DNA from: an uncultured Clostridia bacterium
GTDB taxonomy: Bacteria > Bacillota > Clostridia > TANB77 > CAG-508
DNA: 64,000 bases
Direction: 5' to 3'
Assembly (NCBI GenBank): GCA_944392665.1
Contig: CALXXJ010000005.1
Location: 1,967-65,966 of the forward strand
The position numbers and the translations under genes are program-made. The notes beneath the pieces are model-generated. The model was not told the origin of the DNA, searched no databases, and saw nothing but the letters and a program-made list of their open reading frames with translations. Shown piece by piece: positions 9,239 through 16,924 of the stretch. Numbering within the stretch: the first letter of the stretch is position 1; every line of letters starts with the position of its first letter.

Positions 9239-9267
9239 ACTATATAATATTTTTTTATAAAATTCAA
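9239..9267 (-). promoter_or_regulatory. Putative promoter of the small-peptide transcript
   Basis: Minus strand TTGAAT (9267-9262) - 17 nt - TATAGT (9244-9239). Confidence 0.4.
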
Positions 9268-9328
9268 CCGAACAAAACAAAATTCCACATTTTTTGTTAG
9301 TTAATAGTAATTATATTGTATTTTTTAA

Positions 9329-10018
9329 TTATTGTATACTATCTGTCCACTCTTGAATGTCAGAATCTGATGGATTAGATCTAAAACGATGTCCTTCTAA
9401 CCAATTTCCACCATTTGCTTCTTCAGCTAGTAATTCTCCACTTTGTCCTAAACCAGAAGAAGATGAAGTACAGAATGGAATAACTGTTTTTCCGTTAAAA
9501 TCATTTGCTTTTACAAAAGTATCAACAGGCCATGCAGCAATTCCCCACCAAATAGGGTATCCAATTAATACTGTATCATATTCATCCCAATTTTCAACAG
9601 TTGTAGATTCTAATTCTATATCTCTTAAAGATTCATCTTCATATTCTCTTGTTACTCTTGAGTTTTGGTCGTTCCAATTTAAATCAGATGATGTATATTC
9701 ATCAACTGGTACAAGCTCAAAAATATCAGCTCCTAAATTTTGTGCTATTTGCTGTGCAACAGCTTCTGTATGATTTTGTGCTGAATAATATACCACTAAT
9801 GTTTTACCACCAGTTTCTGTTTCTGTATTTTCTCCTCCTGCTGTATTTGTTTCTTCTGCTACTTGACTTTCGTTTGTTGTTCCTTCTATATTTTGTTCAT
9901 TACTGTTAGCAATTTGATTTTGGTTTTCTTGTGGATTACTATTTGTAAAATATACAGCAGCTGCTATAACAATACATAATACCACAATTACAATTCCTAT
10001 AATCACTTTTTTGTTCAT
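9329..10018 (-). CDS. Membrane-anchored/exported flavodoxin-family protein (Flavodoxin_4 type)
   Basis: 229-aa ORF. N-terminal TM/signal anchor, a Asn/Gln/Glu/Thr-rich linker, then a flavodoxin fold (TLVVYYS...GYPIWWG...IPFCTSSSSG). SD GGAGGT. Confidence 0.8.
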   Translation of the reverse strand: MNKKVIIGIVIVVLCIVIAAAVYFTNSNPQENQNQIANSNEQNIEGTTNESQVAEETNTAGGENTETETGGKTLVVYYSAQNHTEAVAQQIAQNLGADIFELVPVDEYTSSDLNWNDQNSRVTREYEDESLRDIELESTTVENWDEYDTVLIGYPIWWGIAAWPVDTFVKANDFNGKTVIPFCTSSSSGLGQSGELLAEEANGGNWLEGHRFRSNPSDSDIQEWTDSIQ

Positions 10019-10060
10019 CGTTTTTACCTCCTAAAATTTATTTATATTAATTACATTTGT

Positions 10061-10091
10061 ATTATATAGGTTTGGAGTTACTCCAAGTCAA
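10061..10091 (-). promoter_or_regulatory. MerR-type promoter (19-bp spacer with dyad) of the flavodoxin gene
   Basis: Minus strand TTGACT-TGGAGTAACTCCAAACCTA-TATAAT. Over-long 19-nt spacer containing the palindrome TTGGAGTAACTCCAA. Confidence 0.65.
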
Positions 10092-10153
10092 TTCTTTTAA
10101 AAAAATTTTTAACTTTTTATTATAGCATTATAGTTCACAACTAAAAGTTATTT

Positions 10154-10211
10154 TCTTGAATGTTGATATAACCGAAAAATTTATGAAATACAAATATATC
10201 AACATTCAAGA
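10154..10211. repeat. Perfect 17-bp inverted repeat with a 24-nt spacer
   Basis: TCTTGAATGTTGATATA (10154-10170) / TATATCAACATTCAAGA (10195-10211), in non-coding DNA downstream of the sigma fragment. Confidence 0.85.
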
Positions 10212-10244
10212 TATCTATTTATAAATTGTAAGTTATAACATTTA

Positions 10245-10412
10245 TTATAAGTTGATAGAGCGACTAAACATAGTCGTTCTATCATCAAAAATAAAAGGGG
10301 ATGTTATTTGTGCTGTTAGTTCTTCAGAAATATCCCTATTTTGCGTTAAGCAGAATAAGTATTTATATACAGTTATAGAGTATTCTTGATATATTTCTTC
10401 GATATTCTGCAT
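10245..10412 (-). pseudogene. Second sigma-70-family sigma factor N-terminal fragment (55 codons)
   Basis: Strong SD GAAGGAGG, ATG at 10412. MQNIEEIYQEYSITVYKYLFCLTQNRDISEELTAQ... matches the start of small clostridial sigma factors, then diverges and stops. Not in the ORF track (<60 aa). Confidence 0.5.
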
Positions 10413-10582
10413 AACTTTTCTACCTCCTTCTATATAATAAGGGAATTTTTTTCTTATTTTGTTACAAAAAAGAAATAATTTTTTAATAATATTTGAATTT
10501 TTTAAAGGCAGATAATTATTAACTAATCATCTGCCTATTTTCTAATATTCTATTCATAAAACATTTCTATATCTCTTCTATT

Positions 10583-10876
10583 TTACTTTCTTCCTACAAA
10601 TTGTTCTACTTTCATATGAAGATGATATTTATCTCTTAAATCTGCTATTTCTTTCATCATAGGAGATTTATGATGTATATCTAATGCTTCTTGATTATTC
10701 CATCTGTCAATTAATAGAACGGTTTCTGGATCATCCATTGGAAAAAAGTATTCATATTTTTCATTTCCTTCTTCTGCTCTTACTCTGTCTACAACTCCTG
10801 ATGAAACCATTTCTTCTGCAAATTTTCTTGCACTCCCATCTTTTCCTGTATAATAAATATTAATTGTTAAACTCAT
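10583..10876 (-). CDS. Antibiotic-biosynthesis-monooxygenase (ABM) domain protein
   Basis: About 97 aa from ATG 10876 (SD AAGGAG 9 nt upstream; the track start at 10885 is TTG). Ferredoxin-like ABM pattern (…YYTGKDGSARKFAEEM…IDRWNNQEALDIHHKSPMM). Confidence 0.7.
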   Translation of the reverse strand: MSLTINIYYTGKDGSARKFAEEMVSSGVVDRVRAEEGNEKYEYFFPMDDPETVLLIDRWNNQEALDIHHKSPMMKEIADLRDKYHLHMKVEQFVGRK

Positions 10877-10954
10877 ATAAATCAACTCCTTTTATTTTAA
10901 TCACTTTCATAAAATGCTTTTTATTGAAAAAGATTATACACCTAAAATATATCT

Positions 10955-12316
10955 TTACTTTATTCCATAAAAATTAGCTATACTATTTGTAATTGCTTGC
11001 GCATATAGATTCCCATTTCTTAAAATATTATTTAAATCTTCATCTACATTAATATATCCAAGTTCTACTAAATATCCTTCAACACCTACATTTGAATCTC
11101 GATATTTATTTGTAGCATAGGCTTTATTAGTTCCATCTACATAGGCTCCTGTTGCAATTCCTCCAATTTCTCTTATGATATACAAGTATGGAATAGAATC
11201 AAATATTCCTTTATAATTTTCTCCTGAAAAAGATGTTTCATTTTTTTGGTCTTCAACTTCTATTGTTCTAACATAAACTCCGTCTTCTACTTTGTCTGTT
11301 TGATTAGTAGAATATGGTGTGTTTGCAGTTGTAACAATGTCATCTGCTAATTTTTTAGCAAATGTTAAATCACTATTAGAAGAGGCATAAATTTCAACTC
11401 CTCCATCTACATTATCTGAAAGATTACTGTTCAAATGTAAAGATATAAGAATTTTTGCATGAGATTTGTTTGCCATAGTGACTCTTCCATCTTCATCATA
11501 AATATTATACATCGTATATTCCTCTTCTGACTCTGTTCCATCTCTTGTTAATAATACTTTTAAACCTATTGCTTCTAACTGTTTTTTTAATTCAAGAGCA
11601 CAATCTAAAGCAATTTCTGATTCCATATATCTACCATTGACAGCTCCTACATCACTTCCTCCATGTCCTGGATCAATAACTACATCATAGACATTATCTG
11701 GCAATTCATTTACTGTTGTGATATGGAACCCTAAAATAGGCATATTATTTATTGTCGTAAAATCCATATAAATTCTATTATTGGTATGATTTCTTGTTAA
11801 GGTATAATATTCTATATTTCCATATTCTGTATCATTAGATAAAAAGTAGTATTTTGTTTCATTATTTAAAAATCTAACTTTTAACAAAATATAGTAGTCC
11901 TCAACCTTTAAACTTTCTAAATCTAATCCTGTATTAATTTCTTTTAGAGTAGAAAAAGAAAGTTGATTATTTTCATGAGTATATTCTGTATCTATATCAA
12001 TTTCTTCTCCTGATGCTGTTTTAGCTACTACTTCCACAGAATCTATTGAATTGGTTTCATGAATATCAATATCTCCTTCTATATTGAAATGCGTACCATA
12101 TACAATATATCGATTTACATTTGCATATACATTAGTTTCAATTTCATCAGCAATTTCATTGATAGATGAAAAAGCATAGACAGACTCATTTTCTTGTCTT
12201 TCATTTACACAAATATGATAGATAAATATCATAATGACTATAATGATGATGAACATTTTGATTCTTTTTGAAAATACTTGATTTTTCTTATATCTTCTCT
12301 TCTTTTTTCTTTTCAT
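10955..12316 (-). CDS. Membrane-anchored N-acetylmuramoyl-L-alanine amidase (Amidase_3)
   Basis: 453-aa ORF. N-terminal basic stretch plus TM, a middle domain of unknown type, and a C-terminal Amidase_3 signature (VVIDPGHGGSDVGAV ... ISLHLNS ... GVEIY ... GYLVELGYI). Confidence 0.88.
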   Translation of the reverse strand: MKRKKKRRYKKNQVFSKRIKMFIIIIVIMIFIYHICVNERQENESVYAFSSINEIADEIETNVYANVNRYIVYGTHFNIEGDIDIHETNSIDSVEVVAKTASGEEIDIDTEYTHENNQLSFSTLKEINTGLDLESLKVEDYYILLKVRFLNNETKYYFLSNDTEYGNIEYYTLTRNHTNNRIYMDFTTINNMPILGFHITTVNELPDNVYDVVIDPGHGGSDVGAVNGRYMESEIALDCALELKKQLEAIGLKVLLTRDGTESEEEYTMYNIYDEDGRVTMANKSHAKILISLHLNSNLSDNVDGGVEIYASSNSDLTFAKKLADDIVTTANTPYSTNQTDKVEDGVYVRTIEVEDQKNETSFSGENYKGIFDSIPYLYIIREIGGIATGAYVDGTNKAYATNKYRDSNVGVEGYLVELGYINVDEDLNNILRNGNLYAQAITNSIANFYGIK

Positions 12317-12488
12317 AGGTTACTCCTTAAATTCTTCCCTATTATTTCGTTTTTTTCTATTCAACAAAACATATGATATAAAACATTTTCTTACTAATTA
12401 TATATCATTTTTCCAAAATTGTTCAAGATTTTTTTATAATTTTTATATGATATGTATAACTATTCAGTAGTAAGAATATCTACAATTA

Positions 12489-12539
12489 AACGAGTTCTTG
12501 TTTATTTATTTTTTTATAATAAATATACAAGAACTCGTT
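12489..12539. repeat. 13-bp perfect inverted repeat, core of a longer imperfect palindrome
   Basis: AACGAGTTCTTGT (12489-12501) / ACAAGAACTCGTT (12527-12539). Imperfect arm similarity extends to about 12462 and 12572 (ATTCAGT.G / C.ACTGAAT). Confidence 0.8.
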
Positions 12540-12612
12540 ATTAGAAATTTGATACCACTGAATCATTTCTGATATAATTATAATCATTATTGGCAAGCAT
12601 TTACAATTTGGT

Positions 12613-12834
12613 TCATATATTGCCAGTAAATACTTGTACTTCCTTCATAATGACATTTTCTTCCTCATTTGTTGTTACCACATTTTCTGTAGTAGCAGTG
12701 TCAACTGTGTCTGTTGTTTGGTTTATATTAACACGATTATATATATATAGTGTTAATACAATAAAAACAACCAATATTAATACTGTCATAATTATTTTCT
12801 TGGTTGTTTTCTTTTTGTTGTTTTCATTTTCCAT
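12613..12834 (-). CDS. 73-aa TM-anchored peptide, probably the remnant of an exported protein
   Basis: SD AAGGTGGA. Basic N-terminus, one TM, a Thr/Asn/Glu-rich linker like that of the flavodoxin gene, then a stop after about 15 further residues. Driven by a MerR-type promoter. Confidence 0.45.
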   Translation of the reverse strand: MENENNKKKTTKKIIMTVLILVVFIVLTLYIYNRVNINQTTDTVDTATTENVVTTNEEENVIMKEVQVFTGNI

Positions 12835-12878
12835 ATATCATTCCACCTTACATTAAATTTCCCCTCCATTTCTTTTTT

Positions 12879-12909
12879 ATCTTAGCATTTAGAGTTAACT
12901 CTAAGTCAA
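12879..12909 (-). promoter_or_regulatory. Second MerR-type promoter (19-bp spacer with dyad)
   Basis: Minus strand TTGACT-TAGAGTTAACTCTAAATGC-TAAGAT. Palindrome TTAGAGTTAACTCTAA. Same half-sites as 10061-10091. Confidence 0.6.
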
Positions 12910-12942
12910 TAGTTTTTTGAAAATTTTTTGATAGATAAAAGT

Positions 12943-12985
12943 AAAAAAATATTACCTAATTTAAAAAAATTTTAAATTAGGTAAT
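12943..12985 (-). terminator. Rho-independent terminator of the dockerin-protein gene
   Basis: 16-bp AT-rich perfect palindrome ATTACCTAATTTAAAA/TTTTAAATTAGGTAAT followed by a U-run on the minus strand. Confidence 0.6.
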
Positions 12986-12997
12986 TGTTGTTATATA

Positions 12998-15808
12998 CTA
13001 TTCATCAATTTCTAATATCGTTTTTCTCATATTAGCAATATCTCTTAAACTGATGATATTATTATTATCCATATCTGCTGCTTTTAAATATTCACCTTGT
13101 AAGCTTTCTATTTCTAGATAATGTTTTCTTAGTAAAGACATATCTATAAGTGTTATATTACCATCACCAGTTAAATCTCCTGTAACAATTAAAGTATATT
13201 CCTTATTTGTTTCTGTTATCAATTTATATCCTGTTCCAATTTCTTGTGTATTTTGCAATTCTTCTCCTTTGGCATTTACTATGGTATATCCAACTTCAGT
13301 CGAAATATTATTTTTAAATGTATTTACATCTGTATTAGGAGATATTTTGTCAATCATCGTTGTTGTAATGACATACACAGATGAAGTAATTGTATCATCT
13401 GGATCTGGTGTCACAATTTCTGTAATTGTAATGACACTTACTATCTTATTTCCTTGTTCATCTTCAGCATAAATTGTATATGTTCCATTTTTTGTAATCC
13501 TAACTGCTGCTTCTGCTGACTTATCATCTGTTATCATTTGAAGTGAATTTCCTTCATTCTCAAAATAATCTGTATTTTGTTCTCCATTGGCTATTTTTAT
13601 TGTTTTAATTTGAGATTGTGTATCTGTTACATGAATTGTTACTTTTATAGCTGCATTCTCATCGATACTTTCATTTGTTGTTTGAATTGTTGGAGGTGTT
13701 GTATCATCTACTTCTGGTTCTTCTGTAATCGTTGTTACTTCAAATACTTCTGTTTTTGCATTTTCTGCTTCATCTTCAACATATACAGTATAAGTTCCAT
13801 TTTCTATAATATTAATAGCTGCTATTGCAGAATTTTCTTCTTTTTGAAGAGTTAATTCTTGTCCTCCGTTTTCAAAATAGTCTGCTGTTTGTTCTCCTTG
13901 TGCTACTTTTACTTTATTAATGTTCGTAAGATTATCTAAAAGAGATATAGATACTTCAACATTTTCATTATCTGTATTTTCTTGATTTATTGTAATTTCA
14001 GGTGCTGTCTTATCAATAATAAATTTTACCACTACTTCATTTCCTGCTTCATCTACTGCATTTAAAACATATGCACCTTCTTCTTCTATGGTATCTCCGT
14101 TTTGATAATCTTCTACATCCAATCCATCTCTTGTTAAATAAATTTCTGCTAAGTGTTCATCTACAATAGTTGGTGTAACAAAAGTATTATATATACCATT
14201 ATCTTCAACATCATTCACTTGTGGTGGCGTTGTATCTTCTTCTGTTGGTGGTACTTCATCTATATTTGTAATTTCTATTGTTTTAACCGTTTCATTACCA
14301 TTATCATCTTTTGCATATACAGTATATGTTCCAACAGCATCAATTGTAAATTCTGTATGAATTGCTACACCTACTTTATCTTGTCCAATTCGAATTCCAT
14401 TTGTTTCAAAATATGCTAAGTTTTGTTCTCCTTCTGCCCATTTGATTTCATCAACATTAGAATTATCTGCTTTAACATATACATCAATTTGTTTTGGATT
14501 TTCTGTATTTTGTGTAAGTGTAATGGTTGGTGCTTCACTTGGTTCTGGTTCAGGAGTATCGATTCCTATAAGTGTTTTTGTATACATATATGAATTTCCT
14601 TGTTCATCTTTAATATATACATTAAATGTGCAATTTTCTTGAACTGCATAATTAGCAACAACTTCTTTGTTTGGTTCTATTGAAATAGACTCTCCATTAT
14701 TTTCAAAATAGTCCATATCAATATCATTACCTATTGCTACCTTCATTTCAACAATATTACATATTGTATTTGTAGCAGTTATTGTCAAGTTACCAGGAGA
14801 ATTTTCATCTTGTTCAATTGTTACATTCATTACTTTTTCTTGTTCAGTAATTCTTTTTTGTGTAAATAATTTATAACCTGCTTCATCTTCTATGCAAAAA
14901 ATATATGTATTATCCTCTGGTGCTGTATAACTTACATTAACTGTTTGACCTTTTGTAATTTGTAGTCCTTCTATCGTATCAAATTTATCATAATCTTCTC
15001 CTATTTCAGATACTTTCGCCACCTTAACAGAAACAATGTCACAAATCGCATCTGTTATTTGCAAATTCACTTCTCTTGGATTTGTTCCATTTGTAATCTC
15101 TACTGAAATTGGTGTATTTTGTTCTGCTATATAAATTTGACGAGTTGTTTTATTTCCTTCACTATCTTCTGCATAAATAACATATAAGCCTTCCTCTGTA
15201 ATCTCTGTATATCTTACTGATACATGATTGCTCTCTATAAATTCTATATCTGTTCCTTGTGTGCTAAAATCAATATTATCATTTATATTCTCTTTTTTTG
15301 CAATCTTTAGTTTTGTGATTGTATTATTATTACTTGTTACATCAATATTTAAAATTAATGAATCTTTCTCTTTTGTCAATGTAATTTGTGGCATATCATT
15401 TGGGTCATTCACTGTCAATCTTGCTAAAAATGCATTCCCTTTTTCATCTTTAGCAAAAACTGTGTAACTTCCATAACCATCTAATTCAAATGTTTCTTCA
15501 ATTGTTTGTGATGGTGTTATATCAAATGTATATATTTCCTCATGCTCTTCTTCAAAATAGCCTATATTGTCAGTATCAATATATTGATGCACATATTTTA
15601 AATCGGTAATATTACTTTCTGTATCTGTTGCTGTTATATGAATCAAATTGGGATTTGTTTCATCTCTTTCTAATACTACATCAAGAGGGAAGTTATCTTC
15701 TTCAGAAGATGTAACATCTACTGCTCTTGATACAACTGGTAAACTAATAGATAATATCATCATAATAATTATTAAAAGTGATGTGACTTTTTTTACTGTA
15801 CTCTTCAT
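12998..15808 (-). CDS. Secreted surface protein with seven ~95-aa Ig-like repeats and a C-terminal dockerin-like domain
   Basis: 936-aa ORF with a signal peptide. Seven repeats share K(V/I)AxGEQxxDYFENxG...GTYTVYAxDxxGN. The C-terminus GDLTGDGNITLIDMSLLRKHYL...ADMDNNNIISLRDIANMRKTIL is two dockerin-type Ca-binding segments. Confidence 0.8.
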   Translation of the reverse strand: MKSTVKKVTSLLIIIMMILSISLPVVSRAVDVTSSEEDNFPLDVVLERDETNPNLIHITATDTESNITDLKYVHQYIDTDNIGYFEEEHEEIYTFDITPSQTIEETFELDGYGSYTVFAKDEKGNAFLARLTVNDPNDMPQITLTKEKDSLILNIDVTSNNNTITKLKIAKKENINDNIDFSTQGTDIEFIESNHVSVRYTEITEEGLYVIYAEDSEGNKTTRQIYIAEQNTPISVEITNGTNPREVNLQITDAICDIVSVKVAKVSEIGEDYDKFDTIEGLQITKGQTVNVSYTAPEDNTYIFCIEDEAGYKLFTQKRITEQEKVMNVTIEQDENSPGNLTITATNTICNIVEMKVAIGNDIDMDYFENNGESISIEPNKEVVANYAVQENCTFNVYIKDEQGNSYMYTKTLIGIDTPEPEPSEAPTITLTQNTENPKQIDVYVKADNSNVDEIKWAEGEQNLAYFETNGIRIGQDKVGVAIHTEFTIDAVGTYTVYAKDDNGNETVKTIEITNIDEVPPTEEDTTPPQVNDVEDNGIYNTFVTPTIVDEHLAEIYLTRDGLDVEDYQNGDTIEEEGAYVLNAVDEAGNEVVVKFIIDKTAPEITINQENTDNENVEVSISLLDNLTNINKVKVAQGEQTADYFENGGQELTLQKEENSAIAAINIIENGTYTVYVEDEAENAKTEVFEVTTITEEPEVDDTTPPTIQTTNESIDENAAIKVTIHVTDTQSQIKTIKIANGEQNTDYFENEGNSLQMITDDKSAEAAVRITKNGTYTIYAEDEQGNKIVSVITITEIVTPDPDDTITSSVYVITTTMIDKISPNTDVNTFKNNISTEVGYTIVNAKGEELQNTQEIGTGYKLITETNKEYTLIVTGDLTGDGNITLIDMSLLRKHYLEIESLQGEYLKAADMDNNNIISLRDIANMRKTILEIDE

Positions 15809-15989
15809 TTTTAGTTCCTCCTTTGGTTATTCTATATGTGTGAAAATATAATGTTCTTCTCTTATTTTCTTGCACTATATCAAAAATATTATATCATTGC
15901 AAAAATATTTTAGCAATGGTAATTTATATTTCTTTTTGTAAATTTCTTAAAATAAAAAAATCCCTATTTATAGAGATTTTTTTATCAAT

Positions 15990-16910
15990 TTATTCTTGTT
16001 CTCCTCTTATATCCTCTTCTACTTCTTCATTGTTTCTATTATTTATATCATGTACTTTAAAATAATATGGCTGTATGTCAAGTAAACTATCCATATAAAC
16101 AATATTTCCGTTTTTATCTTTTACTTTTAGATTTGGGAATGTTCTTATCATTTTCTTATCTCCCCAAAATTGGTAAATAAATTTTGATAATTTTTCATTT
16201 CCATAGATTTTATCATATTGTTCTATAACTGCTTCTTTGTTAGCAACATCGATATCATTTTGAACAATCATTCTTACTAAGAAAAATTCGATTGCAAAGG
16301 CAGTTGACACACAATCTATCATGAGTAAGATAAATACTGTCATAACAAATGTTTTTAATGCTTTATAAGTTTTAAATTTGCTTTTTATCCAGTTAATGAT
16401 TTTATCTACTTTTGGATTTAGAGAAGCTATTAAATAGATTCCTAAAAATCCCCAGAAAACAGAAAAATACACACAAATTCTTCCGTTGATATTTAGTGGC
16501 ATATTAGAATAATCCCACCATTTTACACCTAATAGCATTTCTCCTACAAAACTGACTACATATTCTACGATTGAGCCTACAATAAATCCCCCTACAAAAA
16601 GTGTATTAAATTTTCTAGGAAATTTGTGTAAACAAATAATCATGACAACAGCCCCTAAACCATAAATACCACAAAATGGTCCATATAAAAAGCTTTGTCT
16701 ACTTTCCCATACCCCTTTGGTTATCATACCATATATAGTTTCTATGATATATCCCAATACACTATAAATAATAAAATATGCTAAAATTCTCCAAATACTA
16801 ATTCCATTAATTGTTCTTTTTTTCTTTACTATATTTTTATTAACTTCTTCTGTTTCATGATTTTCTTGTTCTATATTTTCCTTCTTTAGTTCTTCTTTTT
16901 TCATAAACAA
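15990..16910 (-). CDS. PF06541-type membrane protein ('putative ABC-transporter type IV'), long form
   Basis: 306-aa ORF. Conserved blocks LGYIIETIYG...LYGPFCGIYGLGAV...VEYVVSF..E...WWDYS...NINGRI. Extra C-terminal ~120 aa. Start uncertain (TTG 16910 or ATG 16904). Confidence 0.75.
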   Translation of the reverse strand: MFMKKEELKKENIEQENHETEEVNKNIVKKKRTINGISIWRILAYFIIYSVLGYIIETIYGMITKGVWESRQSFLYGPFCGIYGLGAVVMIICLHKFPRKFNTLFVGGFIVGSIVEYVVSFVGEMLLGVKWWDYSNMPLNINGRICVYFSVFWGFLGIYLIASLNPKVDKIINWIKSKFKTYKALKTFVMTVFILLMIDCVSTAFAIEFFLVRMIVQNDIDVANKEAVIEQYDKIYGNEKLSKFIYQFWGDKKMIRTFPNLKVKDKNGNIVYMDSLLDIQPYYFKVHDINNRNNEEVEEDIRGEQE

Positions 16911-16924
16911 ACTAATAACCTTTC

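Noticed and set aside
8931-9280. Track ORFs 8931-9212 (93 aa) and the full 79-aa version of 9041-9280 as real proteins.
   Set aside because: No SD at either start. The translations are Cys/Tyr/Asn-rich junk upstream of Met43. The long versions run through the inferred promoter and 5' UTR. Only the 37-codon 3' portion has an SD and a coherent (TM) sequence.
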